Shown in pieces: positions 47,192 through 56,577 of a stretch of 64,000 nucleotides of DNA. The position numbers and the translations under genes were made by a program. The DNA is from a virus (taxonomy: Duplodnaviria; Caudoviricetes). The notes beneath the pieces are model-generated. The model saw only the letters and a program-made list of their open reading frames with translations, made no database searches and was not told the DNA's origin. Numbering within the stretch: the first letter of the stretch is position 1; each line of letters begins with the position of its first letter. The stretch covers positions 1,958-65,957 of the IMG/VR virus record IMGVR_UViG_2643221942_000002, one strand, 5' to 3'.

Positions 47192-47871
47192 TGAGCTACG
47201 GCGTTCAGTTCACAAACAACAATAACGTCGTCACTTTGGATTCAGAGTATGCACGGCTGATGGTCATTGCTTCAGGGCGATATGCACCAAACCAAGAGTC
47301 TGGGCTTGGCTCGGTTACCACGTTTGCACGCCCCGTCACCTCGCAAGAGCCTCCGCTCGTATTCGTGCGACCTGACACTATAAACGGGGTAGCAGGACTT
47401 TGCCGGATGAGTCTTCTCGGCTCTGCGGGTAACTGGACTGGCTTTTATGTCAGGGCGTACGACGTCAGCGTTGCCGGCCTGAGTGGGCGTTATTTCGTCG
47501 CCGCCTTTGGTGCCCAGCCTGTTGCTCAGTACGGGATGCGCTTGTGGGATGGTGCGAGCAATTTGCTGTTTGACTCCGGCACGCCGAACGCAACGTTTAC
47601 CCGCGCGTTTCAGAACTGGACGTATGTTCGCTACGACACCACCCCTCAGGGCCTGACGCGGATCTTCTATAGCGTTCCGTTCAACTTCCCTGAGAACGAG
47701 TACATGTTGCTCAACACATTCGGCATGCCGATGACTTCCGGAAGCGGTATCCCTCGCGATCTTTATTGCTGGTGGGATTTCCCAAACAACACGCTCTACG
47801 CCATCACTATTGCGGCATCGAACCCCTTCGCTTTCTTCCTGCCGGCAGTGTTCGCAAAACAAGCCGCATAA
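47191..47871 (+). CDS. Tail-associated hypothetical protein
   Basis: YGMRLWD..LLFDS motif. Confidence 0.7.
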   Translation: MSYGVQFTNNNNVVTLDSEYARLMVIASGRYAPNQESGLGSVTTFARPVTSQEPPLVFVRPDTINGVAGLCRMSLLGSAGNWTGFYVRAYDVSVAGLSGRYFVAAFGAQPVAQYGMRLWDGASNLLFDSGTPNATFTRAFQNWTYVRYDTTPQGLTRIFYSVPFNFPENEYMLLNTFGMPMTSGSGIPRDLYCWWDFPNNTLYAITIAASNPFAFFLPAVFAKQAA

Positions 47872-47883
47872 CCCATTTATAGG

Positions 47884-48885
47884 ATGCATTCCATGCCCTG
47901 GTACAAGACGGGAACGGTTTCTGTCACCCAAAATTCCAATGCGGTGATCGGCACAGGCACTGCCTTCATTGCCAACAGCCGGGTCGGCGACGGGTTTCGC
48001 GGGCCTGACGGTCGCTGGTACGAAGTGACCAACATTGCCAGCAATACTGCATTGTCGATCTCGCCGAACTACGAAGGCCCGACAGTGACTGGCGGCTTCT
48101 ATTCGATCATGCCGGTGCAGGGGTACCAGAAGGATCTATCCGACCGAGTGCGAGCAATCCTCAATGACTACGGCGACAAGCTGGCAGCTTTGGGGACCAC
48201 TGGTAATTACGACATATTGCCGCTTTTGAAGGGCGGAACTGGAGCGAGCAATTCAGGTGACGCCCTTACCGGGCTTGGCTTCTCGAGCTTTATGAAGACG
48301 ATGGTTGACGACGTCAACGCTTCAGCTGCCAGGGAGACGCTTGTTGCCGCCAAGAGCGGTCAGAATTCAGATATCACAGAGCTGACTGCGCTCACCACTG
48401 CTGTTCCGGTCGCCATGGGAGGCACTGGCGGGAAAACCCAAGCCGCTGCTCGCTCGGGTCTTGGTCTCGGATCGGCCGCTGTCGCTGCGATCGTTGGCGC
48501 GGTATCGCAAACCGGGGGAATTCCGACAGGGGCGATAGTTGAATTTGTGTCGAACACCAACGGTGAATGTATTCGTTGGGCAGACGGTACGCAGATTTGT
48601 ACCTATAGGCTCAATACAGCCTCTTTGACAATGAACTCCTCTTATGCGGCCGGGCTGTTCAACAGCCCCGCATTTGGCGGCGGTACCCTTCCAGTCCCAT
48701 TTAAATCTGGCACAACCCCGTTCTTTCCTCTTCCCGGCATCAAATGCACGTTCGGACTGGGTTGGCCTGTGCTAAGCGCCAAAGGCACTAGTACGCAATG
48801 GCCGTCCTATTTCATGATCAGTGCGGTAGCCGAAGGCGGTACTCAATTTGATGTCCCTCTAATCGCGATCGGCAGGTGGTTCTAA
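47884..48885 (+). CDS. Tail fiber protein
   Basis: WYKTGTVSV; xGGTG repeats; RWADGTQIC; AIGRWF. Confidence 0.85.
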   Translation: MHSMPWYKTGTVSVTQNSNAVIGTGTAFIANSRVGDGFRGPDGRWYEVTNIASNTALSISPNYEGPTVTGGFYSIMPVQGYQKDLSDRVRAILNDYGDKLAALGTTGNYDILPLLKGGTGASNSGDALTGLGFSSFMKTMVDDVNASAARETLVAAKSGQNSDITELTALTTAVPVAMGGTGGKTQAAARSGLGLGSAAVAAIVGAVSQTGGIPTGAIVEFVSNTNGECIRWADGTQICTYRLNTASLTMNSSYAAGLFNSPAFGGGTLPVPFKSGTTPFFPLPGIKCTFGLGWPVLSAKGTSTQWPSYFMISAVAEGGTQFDVPLIAIGRWF

Positions 48886-49220
48886 TGAAGTTTTATTTGA
48901 GTCCGCAGCGCCGTGACGACACCCTTGAAGTTGTGAAGAGGGGAGACATTCTTACCGTCAACGGGGAGGACTTCGACTTCAGTCCAGTCGGCGAGGGCGA
49001 CACGCTCCCGCGTGAAGCAATCTCCTCCATCTGGTTTGCAGGCAGTGTGGAGCGCATTGATGGCCAGCTGATCCTCACTCTTCTGCTGCCCAATCCTTGG
49101 AACTACAGCCAAGAACAAGCATTTCCTGTTCCTTTAGAAAACGTAGCTGACGGCCCGGTCGCGTTTCCTGCGCCGCTGCCCGACGAACCTGCAACTGACG
49201 AAGGTAGGCTGCGAGCATGA
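48885..49220 (+). CDS. Tail fiber-associated protein
   Basis: Coupled downstream of the fiber gene. Confidence 0.7.
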   Translation: MKFYLSPQRRDDTLEVVKRGDILTVNGEDFDFSPVGEGDTLPREAISSIWFAGSVERIDGQLILTLLLPNPWNYSQEQAFPVPLENVADGPVAFPAPLPDEPATDEGRLRA

Positions 49221-49585
49221 GCAATATCGACTGGACTCAACTGATCACCAAGGCCATGAAGGACGCCGCCATTCAGGCCGCTGAATTGGCAGCCGCGAAG
49301 GCATTGCTCGCCTCACGAAATGCACAGGCGATTGCCCAAATCTCGCGAATTCAAGACCGCATCGATACGATCAATTTCGGCATTGATATCGGCGAAGCCA
49401 CGGCAGAAGACGAGGCCGAGCAGGCCGCACTGACGCTGAACCTGAAAGCGTGGAAGACCTATAAGTTTGCACTCGGCAAGGTCACTGTGCAGCCGACCTG
49501 GTATCAGGCGCCGATATGGCCGATCGAACCGCCCATCCCGGAAATCATTGCTGCGCCGTTACTGAGTGAGGCCGAGTCGATCTGA
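49217..49585 (+). CDS. Tail fiber assembly chaperone
   Basis: IGEAT..L.AWK.Y..L..V; WP.EP. Confidence 0.75.
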   Translation: MSNIDWTQLITKAMKDAAIQAAELAAAKALLASRNAQAIAQISRIQDRIDTINFGIDIGEATAEDEAEQAALTLNLKAWKTYKFALGKVTVQPTWYQAPIWPIEPPIPEIIAAPLLSEAESI

Positions 49586-49644
49586 GCCGCATCAAAAACT
49601 GCAACCCGCCATCGAGCGGGTATTTTTTTGCCTGGAGAAAAGTG

Positions 49645-50067
49645 ATGCCAGTAACCGAGAAAGACCGCGACATCCTCGCCCGTACGATTTGGGGTGAGGC
49701 GCGAGGCGAAGGGGCGGCCGGCCAAGTCGCCGTGGCCTGGACGATCCGCAACCGCGTGTTCGATGGAAAGGAAAAGTCGTGGTGGGGCGAGGGCTACGCC
49801 GGCGTGTGCCAGAAGCCGTACCAGTTCAGTTGCTGGAACAAGACCGACCCGAACTATCAGTTCCTGATCGGAGTGAAGCAGATCCCGTTCCGCGAGCTGG
49901 CGCAGTGCCGTATCGCGGCTGACCAGGTGATCGACGGCAAGGTGCCTGATCCTACCGGCGGCGCCACCCACTATTACGCCGCCAGCATCAAGGCACCGGG
50001 TTGGACGGCAAAGGCGAAACAGACGCTGAGGCTCGGCGGCCACGTTTTCTTCAGGGATGTGCCGTGA
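49645..50067 (+). CDS. Endolysin, cell wall hydrolase (SleB / Hydrolase_2)
   Basis: LARTIWGEARGE, NRV, QFSCWN, DPTGGATHYY. Confidence 0.9.
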   Translation: MPVTEKDRDILARTIWGEARGEGAAGQVAVAWTIRNRVFDGKEKSWWGEGYAGVCQKPYQFSCWNKTDPNYQFLIGVKQIPFRELAQCRIAADQVIDGKVPDPTGGATHYYAASIKAPGWTAKAKQTLRLGGHVFFRDVP

Positions 50068-50570
50068 TGGTCGTGCCTTGGCGGTTGATCGGCATGCTGT
50101 CGCTGATGCTCGCCGGCTTCGGCGGTGCATGGCAGTTTCAGGGATGGCGCTATGAAAGGCAGTTGGCCGAGCAGTCCAGGCTGCACGGCGAGACCCTGAA
50201 CCAACTTGCCAAGGCCGGCGCCGATGCGCAGAAGGCCGAGCAAGACAAGCGACTTGCGCTCGAACAAAAGCTGGCAGCCAGTGAGCAAACCCATTACAGG
50301 AAATTGAGTGATGCCCAACGTGACCAGAATCGCCTGCGCGATCGCCTTGCCACTGCTGATCTGCGGATGTCAGTCCTCATCGACGCGGATTCAGCCGGTA
50401 GCAGTGACGTGCCAAAAGCCTCCGGCGCCGGCGGCGTGGATCATGCAGCCGTACGAGCCCGACTTGACGCGGCGCATGCTCAACGAATTATCGCCATCAC
50501 CGACACCGGTGACCGCGGACTGATCTCGCTGCAGGCGTGCCAGGACTATGTGCGAAACTTGCAACATTGA
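50067..50570 (+). CDS. Rz i-spanin
   Basis: N-terminal TM; LQACQDYV. Confidence 0.85.
   Translation: MVVPWRLIGMLSLMLAGFGGAWQFQGWRYERQLAEQSRLHGETLNQLAKAGADAQKAEQDKRLALEQKLAASEQTHYRKLSDAQRDQNRLRDRLATADLRMSVLIDADSAGSSDVPKASGAGGVDHAAVRARLDAAHAQRIIAITDTGDRGLISLQACQDYVRNLQH
50311..50523 (+). CDS. Rz1 o-spanin (embedded lipoprotein)
   Basis: LLICGC lipobox; PPAPAAWIMQP as in lambda Rz1. Confidence 0.8.
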   Translation: MPNVTRIACAIALPLLICGCQSSSTRIQPVAVTCQKPPAPAAWIMQPYEPDLTRRMLNELSPSPTPVTAD

Positions 50571-50750
50571 TGGCCCTCCGCCACGCTTGCAGGGCCTTTG
50601 GTCTTGAACCATCATTCCTTTTTGATGATGGCGATATGTACGTGGACAAGCGACTCGCAGGGCTTTCGTTTTTGATGACCCTCGTTTGGGTTACGGTCGT
50701 CCTGGCGGTGATGTATTGGATGTCGCAGTGAATACAAAGGGTGAATCGTT

Positions 50751-50981
50751 GTGGAAGGCGTAGTGATGGGCGACAAAATGCAGCGAGAGGCCGATCGCCT
50801 GCTGGCGCAGATCGTCCGGACGGATTCGATGATCACGGCGGTAAAGGCGGGAGCACGGGCAGAAGGCTTCGTGCTTGGGCTGGAAACCGCCGGCGCCCTG
50901 CGCGCTGGCGATGCTGAAAGGCTCTATATCATTTTCGAATCTGCGCTGGTGGAGCACCTGAAGACACTTTCTCAGCATTAA
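50751..50981 (+). CDS. Hypothetical protein
   Basis: RAEGFVLGLET motif. Confidence 0.55.
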   Translation: MEGVVMGDKMQREADRLLAQIVRTDSMITAVKAGARAEGFVLGLETAGALRAGDAERLYIIFESALVEHLKTLSQH

Positions 50982-50982
50982 A

Positions 50983-51681
50983 TCATTCAGCTTTTTCATC
51001 AATCGGATTGATCAATCCGCTTTGTTGATTGCGTACATTGCCCACGGCGCGATCGACCTTGAACCATTCGAAAGCCTCTGATGGCTCGCCCTCATGCAGC
51101 ACCATCTGTTCGGCGCGCTCTTTGGGCGTGGCTGGGTCCAACCATTCCCGCGCGAGCTCTGGCGGAAGAGCGACCGGGCGGCGGTCGTGGATGTCGACCA
51201 TGCCGCCGGCGCTGTCGGCGGTGATGATTACAAAGCCGTCGTGCTCGCCGGGGCCGTGCTCTTCGTTCGGGTACTGGCCGATCGCGGCGCAGAGGATCGG
51301 GGACTGGTCGCGATGCCTGATCAGGTAGGGCTGCTTCTTCGGCCCACCTTCGTCTACCCACTCGAACCAGTTGTTGATCGCGATGATTGCCCGGTGCGGC
51401 CAGATCGCGCGAAAGAAAGGGCCATGGGCGACTTTCTCGACGCGTGCATTGATTGGCGCGGCTCGGCCTTTTGCCCAATGCGGTCGCCATCCCCAGCGGA
51501 CCATATCTGCATGCAGAAACTCGCCTTCCTGATGGAAGAGGGCGAGCTGAGTGGTTGGCGCGGCGTTGTACCGCTCAAAGGGTTGCTCGCCGGTCGAGTT
51601 GATGAGCGCGTTCGGCATGCTGAGCGCCGCCACGAAGTCGTGAATGCCGCTGTACTGGGAAAGTCGTCCGCACATTGCCAT
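50983..51681 (-). CDS. SOS response-associated peptidase (SRAP/HMCES)
   Basis: MCGR, YNAAPT, INARVE, IHDRRP, VGNVRN. Confidence 0.92.
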   Translation of the reverse strand: MAMCGRLSQYSGIHDFVAALSMPNALINSTGEQPFERYNAAPTTQLALFHQEGEFLHADMVRWGWRPHWAKGRAAPINARVEKVAHGPFFRAIWPHRAIIAINNWFEWVDEGGPKKQPYLIRHRDQSPILCAAIGQYPNEEHGPGEHDGFVIITADSAGGMVDIHDRRPVALPPELAREWLDPATPKERAEQMVLHEGEPSEAFEWFKVDRAVGNVRNQQSGLINPIDEKAE

Positions 51682-51729
51682 GCCCTCGGCTGGATCTGAT
51701 TCAGCGTAGACCCATAAGGGAAGGCTTCG

Positions 51730-52095
51730 TCACAAACCTTTTTCGGCGCAGCATTCGCAATGACCTGCGAATTCCCCCCGATCTCGAGCTTCTCTGAAAA
51801 GGCGCTGGTTTTCATTTAACAGATGGTTCCTGTTGTGCTCGACGTCGGCGAATCGTCGCCTCTCGCTTAGCAAAGCCCCTTCGGCGTGCTGAAGCTTGGC
51901 CTTGAGAGAGTTTCTCTCCTGCGTGAGGGCGTCATTGTCTCTGACCAGTCCTTCGATATTCGCCAGCGCGCGAGCGAGCTTTAGGATGAGAGCCTCGAAT
52001 TCGTTTTCATACATCCTGAGCTGGTGTCGGCAGGTTTCAAGCGGGGTCGGGTTGCCGAGCCAATCGTCGGTGTCTTCTATATAGAGGGGGTCCAC
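51730..52095 (-). CDS. Coiled-coil hypothetical protein, probably SOS-regulated
   Basis: LexA box about 20 nt upstream. Confidence 0.6.
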   Translation of the reverse strand: MDPLYIEDTDDWLGNPTPLETCRHQLRMYENEFEALILKLARALANIEGLVRDNDALTQERNSLKAKLQHAEGALLSERRRFADVEHNRNHLLNENQRLFREARDRGEFAGHCECCAEKGL

Positions 52096-52114
52096 GTGAG
52101 TGCCTTACTGGATA

Positions 52115-52130
52115 CTGGTTGCATATACAG
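52115..52130 (-). promoter_or_regulatory. LexA (SOS) box
   Basis: CTGTATATGCAACCAG on the minus strand. Confidence 0.75.
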
Positions 52131-52173
52131 TAATCGAGAGGCGGAACGTAGGCGAGGCTGCGGCGACGAACTG

Positions 52174-52383
52174 TCAGTCCGGCGCCATCAAAACAGCCAA
52201 CGTCATTTTGATGAATTCTTCATTTCGATCGATCGCGGCGAGAGAGCTTCGGACGTTTTCGGCGACATCGGCGGATCCGCGCTGCTCGACCCATAAAGTG
52301 AGCTCCATGATGGCGGCTTCAAGGGCGAGCTGGTTTTCGTTGATTTTGAACAGTAGGGAAGGGAGCAGATCAGAGTTTGGCAT
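52174..52383 (-). CDS. Conserved prophage-end hypothetical protein
   Basis: AGGAGG RBS; INENQLALEAAIMELTLWVEQRGS. Confidence 0.65.
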   Translation of the reverse strand: MPNSDLLPSLLFKINENQLALEAAIMELTLWVEQRGSADVAENVRSSLAAIDRNEEFIKMTLAVLMAPD

Positions 52384-52574
52384 TGGTTTCCTCCTTGGAC
52401 GAAACCAGAATAGCAGAGAGAAATTTGATCGGCAGAACGCCGGAGAAGGGTAGAGCACTGTAGGAAAATACAGCGCTAAGTTGTTGATTCTTATAGCGGG
52501 TAAGGTCAGTTTTTGACCCTGCCAATTTCGGTGTGTTTCCTTTATGCATCAATGGGTTGCGTGTGTTTCGGGGT

Positions 52575-52590
52575 CACCTTGACATGGTGG
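52575..52590 (+). other. tRNA-Val(GAC) anticodon-arm fragment, att-like relic
   Basis: CACCTTGACATGGTGG; IHF consensus at 52477-52489. Confidence 0.65.
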
Positions 52591-53060
52591 CGTTTTTTGC
52601 CATCGCTATCTCAATGATAGCCAAACAATCTTTAATTTTATCTGCACCCTCGACAATACCTGATTAACTTAATTGCGTAGTTAATACATATGGAGCAGCG
52701 AAATGGTCTCTAAAGATTTACCCAGCGATGTAAAAGCAGGGGTTGAAGGGAAGGTCCGGGAAGGAAAAACAGGTACTTCGAATGCGGGAGCAGCTAAGGG
52801 GATTAAAGATGCTGACAAAGCGGGCGACGATTTCAAGGTTGAACCGTCCCCTACGCCGGCCAAAAAGTGAGTGTGATCTGGCGCTGTCTGACCCGCCGCG
52901 CCAGTAATCTATGTGTCATTCGTATTTCTCATTTCTGCGCAAAACCGCCTCTGCAGGCCGCTTGTTTCCGTTTGCATAAGCACAAAAAAACGAATGTTTT
53001 GCTACCCTGAAAACAGGGCTTTATCCTTACAAAACAATTGCTTGGGTCGCTACAGTCCCC

Positions 53061-53077
53061 AGCATGGGGTGCTAGGG
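53061..53077 (+). other. tRNA-Pro(GGG) anticodon-arm fragment, att-like relic
   Basis: AGCATGGGGTGCTAGGG. Confidence 0.65.
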
Positions 53078-53297
53078 ACTGAACAGGCACTCAGGGATCG
53101 CTCGTAATATGCAGAATCGGCATAATGTGACCTGGCTATTAGGCTTAGTTGAAGCGAATTTTTACAATTCAAACACGTGAATTTTCGGGCCGCAATGATT
53201 CTAAGGTATGCGGAAACATTGGGCTGTATGGCAGGCTCTGGAACCTGATTGCGGACCGGAAAATCTATCACAAGGCGCGGCCTGATTGATTTCCTCT

Positions 53298-53357
53298 TGG
53301 GACTTAAAATCCCCCGCTCGTAAGGGCGTGCCGGTTCGATTCCGGCTTCGGGCACCA
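53298..53357 (+). other. 3' portion of tRNA-Leu(TAA): att core at the junction of elements 1 and 2
   Basis: Anticodon arm GGGA-CTTAAAA-TCCC, variable arm, GGTTCGATTCC and CCA end; the 5' acceptor strand and D arm are missing. Confidence 0.88.
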
Positions 53358-53450
53358 TGAATATCAAGGGCTTGCATGACATACCTCATGCAAGCCCTTT
53401 GTTCTTTTTTCCGCAATCAAAAAATCTTTTCCGCAATTCGTGACCGTCAG

Positions 53451-54482
53451 TCACTTCGTAGGGGTAACCTTCATCCCCTTGCGCATTCGGATGTACTGTT
53501 CTGTCATCCCAACGGTTGTATGTCCTAGCTGGTCCCTAGCTTCTCGGATGCTCCCCGTTGACTCCTCCTTATCCGTCGCCGCTTTTGCTCTTAGGTCGCG
53601 CATCTGAAATTCTGCTTTTGGAATTCCGGCTGCTTCCCTGGCGTCATCAAACCGCTTTCTGAGCATGCTGGTCGTCATTGGCTGCCCAGAGTCGATAACT
53701 ACCAGACGTGTTGATCGGATTTTGTGTCCAGCCTTTCGTGTCATGATTCGATCGATTACGACTTTGAGCTCACCAATGATCTCGATCCTTCGTTTTGCCC
53801 CGGTCTTGCCTTGCTGAACGGAGAGCTTTCCGTCTTTTATGTCTCGCTCATCCATCTTCAATGTGTCTGCGATCCTCTGACCTGTTAGGTAGAACAGGTC
53901 CAAAGCGTCCCTCAATGGCTGATCGGCATGCCGGTAGGCTCTGGCAAGTACGTCGTCTTCAACATATATGTCGCGACCGGTTTCTTTATTGCCTTTCACG
54001 CCTGAGCAAGGATTTGCCAAGGATGTATAGCCATTCTCGCGAGCAAAGTTCCAGATGGAGCTGAGTAATGCCTTCTCCCGATTCGCGCGAATAGGTGCTG
54101 TCTTGCCACGATGACGAAGGTACTGGCTGACATGTTTCGGTTCGATAGCTTCTAGAGGGGCGGGCGGGTCGTTGAAGAACAGAAGAAGGTTTTTGAGTTC
54201 GCGCGCGTTGTCTTTTTGGGTGGCGTGGGCTTTTGTGGGAACCACCTCATTCATATAAAGCTCGGCTACGTAAGCAAAGGTAAGTACGGTTTGTGTCAGG
54301 GCTTGAGAGACGCGGCTTTTTTCGAGCTTTGCGTACTCTAAGATGGCCAGGCCGTAATCCGTACCTAGCGGGATTTCCTTGCGTGGTTTCCCGCCAGTGT
54401 CGTAAAGGTAATAGGTTGTGTTGCCGCGTTTTCTCTCGCGCAGGCGAGGAATGCTCCCCGGCTTTGTTGGTCTTCGTCCCAT
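53451..54482 (-). CDS. int: Tyrosine integrase
   Basis: TGQR, RDLRAK, LGHT, Y; adjacent to att. Confidence 0.93.
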   Translation of the reverse strand: MGRRPTKPGSIPRLRERKRGNTTYYLYDTGGKPRKEIPLGTDYGLAILEYAKLEKSRVSQALTQTVLTFAYVAELYMNEVVPTKAHATQKDNARELKNLLLFFNDPPAPLEAIEPKHVSQYLRHRGKTAPIRANREKALLSSIWNFARENGYTSLANPCSGVKGNKETGRDIYVEDDVLARAYRHADQPLRDALDLFYLTGQRIADTLKMDERDIKDGKLSVQQGKTGAKRRIEIIGELKVVIDRIMTRKAGHKIRSTRLVVIDSGQPMTTSMLRKRFDDAREAAGIPKAEFQMRDLRAKAATDKEESTGSIREARDQLGHTTVGMTEQYIRMRKGMKVTPTK

Positions 54483-54689
54483 TCATCCCACCAGGCGCGG
54501 CTGCCACGTTGGAGTTTCTGCCATGTTGGTAGTTGCTCCTGTCAACGCGGACGTAATCACGCAAGGCCAGCCATTGCGCTTGATGGTATGACGAATGCCA
54601 TTGCGCTTCAGCACCATAATCTGACCGGCTTTAGTTTTAGCTCCGGTCAGTTCGCAGACTTGCTCATGGCTAAGAAATTGAATACTCAT
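54483..54689 (-). CDS. DUF4224 excisionase-like protein
   Basis: FLS..QVCELTG..Q..L..NGI; upstream of int. Confidence 0.8.
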   Translation of the reverse strand: MSIQFLSHEQVCELTGAKTKAGQIMVLKRNGIRHTIKRNGWPCVITSALTGATTNMAETPTWQPRLVG

Positions 54690-55159
54690 GCTGGCTCCTT
54701 GCTAGGAAGTGCAGAGCGCTTCGAATGCGCTTGCATTGCGGCCTCGCTGCCCCCGGTTCCTGGGTACAGCAGCGCAGCCATTGCAAGCGCCTGTTCGCGC
54801 AGGGAGCGGGCATCACGCCCATGCTTCTTGCCGGTACGAAAGGCGCTGAAGGTCTCGGCGGCGATCCGCAGCAGCTCGCCGATATCGACCAGCGTCTGGT
54901 GCTCGGCCGGGCCGAAGAGTGGACCTGCTTCAAATCGTTTGCAGGTGTGTGCCAAGCGCGTGTGATCGGCCCGGATGAACTGCAGGGAGGCCTGGAGCTC
55001 GCGGATGGTTTTGGCGCTTGCAGCGCGCTGGATGTCTTCACCCTCGCGCAGGCCTGTTTCCAGGCCATCGCTGCGGCCCATGATGTAACCGCCCCAGAGC
55101 AGCAGGGCGGCCAGAACTATCAGGGTGACGAGTGCACCGATTTGTATTGGGGTCATCAA
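54686..55159 (-). CDS. Membrane-anchored hypothetical protein
   Basis: N-terminal TM; coupled ORF. Confidence 0.65.
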   Translation of the reverse strand: MMTPIQIGALVTLIVLAALLLWGGYIMGRSDGLETGLREGEDIQRAASAKTIRELQASLQFIRADHTRLAHTCKRFEAGPLFGPAEHQTLVDIGELLRIAAETFSAFRTGKKHGRDARSLREQALAMAALLYPGTGGSEAAMQAHSKRSALPSKEPA

Positions 55160-55536
55160 GTGGTGTGCTCCTGGGATTGTCGTTGGCTGGTGGTGACAGC
55201 CGTCAGTGGTGTGGGGGCAACAGGGCGTTGGCCGTCCTGCTGTCGCTGCATGTCTTCATCCGCCTTGTAGGCGCGGATATCGATCAGCGAGGCGACATGG
55301 CGGATGTGCGCGTACTTCAGCGCCTTGCGGCTGGTGTCCAGTGTGGTTATGGGAAGCTGGATCCGGCCGCTGTTGATCTCCGTCACGAACGATTGCTCGT
55401 TGAGGTTGCGAAAGTACTGTTCGCGGACTTTTTCCAGCGGGATCAGGACGTCACCGAAGATTCGATAGAGCAGTTCGACGGTGGCCGATTCGGGCGCCGG
55501 ATGCAGGCGAAGCGGATTCTGTGCAGTGTTACTCAT
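55156..55536 (-). CDS. Pyocin activator PrtN family protein
   Basis: LIPLEKVREQYF..L; I.LP; HIRHVASLID. Confidence 0.8.
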   Translation of the reverse strand: MSNTAQNPLRLHPAPESATVELLYRIFGDVLIPLEKVREQYFRNLNEQSFVTEINSGRIQLPITTLDTSRKALKYAHIRHVASLIDIRAYKADEDMQRQQDGQRPVAPTPLTAVTTSQRQSQEHTT

Positions 55537-55738
55537 GGCCTTGTCGAGCCTCCTTGCGTTGTTGTCGTGCCGGGTGGTTCCAGGCGTTCAGGCAGTGGCG
55601 TCTGGTCAGCTCGCGCAGATGTTCGGGCACTTCGAGGAGCGCGGCGTTACGCTCCTCGCGTGTGCGCATGGCAACGATCTGGCGGGCGTACTCCCTAGGC
55701 CACGTCACGGCGATCTGCCGGGATGGCAGGAAGATCAA
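55529..55738 (-). CDS. Hypothetical protein
   Basis: WPREYARQI..EERNAALLEVPEH; true start may be downstream. Confidence 0.55.
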   Translation of the reverse strand: MIFLPSRQIAVTWPREYARQIVAMRTREERNAALLEVPEHLRELTRRHCLNAWNHPARQQRKEARQGHE

Positions 55739-55976
55739 TGTCCAACTGCTCGGCCAGCCAACGGATACCGGCCTGCTTCACCCGAGTCGACTGGCTGTAC
55801 TGCATTCCGTGTTTCTCGTCATACCAGGGACTGTCCTTGACCCGCAGGTACGCTTTGTCGCGCTTCGGATCCGCCGGCAGGTTTCCCTTGAGCAAACCTT
55901 TTTCCCGCATGAGAGCGATCAGTTTGGGGCGAGTGAGGCCGAGTTGAGCGGCTGCTTGGGCGAGAGTGCGTTCCAT
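55695..55976 (-). CDS. Antirepressor KilAC domain protein
   Basis: TLAQAA..LG..RPKL...MREKG; TRVKQAGIRWL. Confidence 0.75.
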   Translation of the reverse strand: MERTLAQAAAQLGLTRPKLIALMREKGLLKGNLPADPKRDKAYLRVKDSPWYDEKHGMQYSQSTRVKQAGIRWLAEQLDIDLPAIPADRRDVA

Positions 55977-55986
55977 AGCGTCCTCC

Positions 55987-56577
55987 TCATGCTGCGTGCG
56001 CAGCTGGAGTGGCCGCTGCAGCAAGGTGGTTGATGGACTCAATCACCTTTGCGTAAATCTCGGCATCGGAGTCGTACAAGGTGAAGCAGCGTGTGTGCGG
56101 ACTCTTGTTGCCGATGCTCAAGATCGCGGTGACGCCGCGGCGTGTATGGGTGCGATGCAGCGCCACATGCAGGGGAAGTTCAAAACCCATGTCGAGGCTC
56201 AGCACGCCGCCGGTGTGCACCAGTTCGAACACGCGCTGCTTGTCCTGGACTTCAAAGCGACCGTATTGACGATCGGCATGCGGGAGAGGCACCAGGTCGC
56301 TGGAGTTGCTCGCGTCGAACGGACCGTTGGCAATCTCTTCAATAAAGTCGGCCAGTTTGAGGTGCATCTTCTTGTCGTTTGGCAGGGTTAGCGTGTGGCG
56401 TTCGCAGCCCAGTTCGACGACAAAAGTGCTTTCCACTGCGCCGCGCTCAACTTTGAGACGGAATGCCAGGCATTCACGCTTCGGTGCTGTGCGCAGGACG
56501 TGGTTGAAGGTCTCGGTCAGGTTGACCTGGGCGTTGAGCAACTGCAGGGTGCGGTTGTCGATTTTGTACTTGGTCAT
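55987..56577 (-). CDS. Hypothetical protein
   Basis: 196-aa coupled ORF. Confidence 0.65.
   Translation of the reverse strand: MTKYKIDNRTLQLLNAQVNLTETFNHVLRTAPKRECLAFRLKVERGAVESTFVVELGCERHTLTLPNDKKMHLKLADFIEEIANGPFDASNSSDLVPLPHADRQYGRFEVQDKQRVFELVHTGGVLSLDMGFELPLHVALHRTHTRRGVTAILSIGNKSPHTRCFTLYDSDAEIYAKVIESINHLAAAATPAAHAA

Larger units (their letters stand above)
1..53357. mobile_element. Lambdoid siphovirus prophage (element 1); left end outside the window
   Basis: Canonical gene order: recombination, immunity, replication, nin, Q, lysis, head, tail. Ends at a tRNA-Leu 3' fragment (att-like); the exact right boundary could be 52590, 53077 or 53357. Confidence 0.93.

Noticed and set aside
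47884-49585. Invertible or diversified tail-fiber system
   Set aside because: No invertase, inverted fiber cassette or repeats seen
53270-53357. Intact tRNA-Leu gene
   Set aside because: The 5' acceptor strand and D arm are absent; only the 3' 60 nt match, so it is an att duplication
53050-53416. ORFs overlapping the att region
   Set aside because: Translations of the tRNA fragment and att arms
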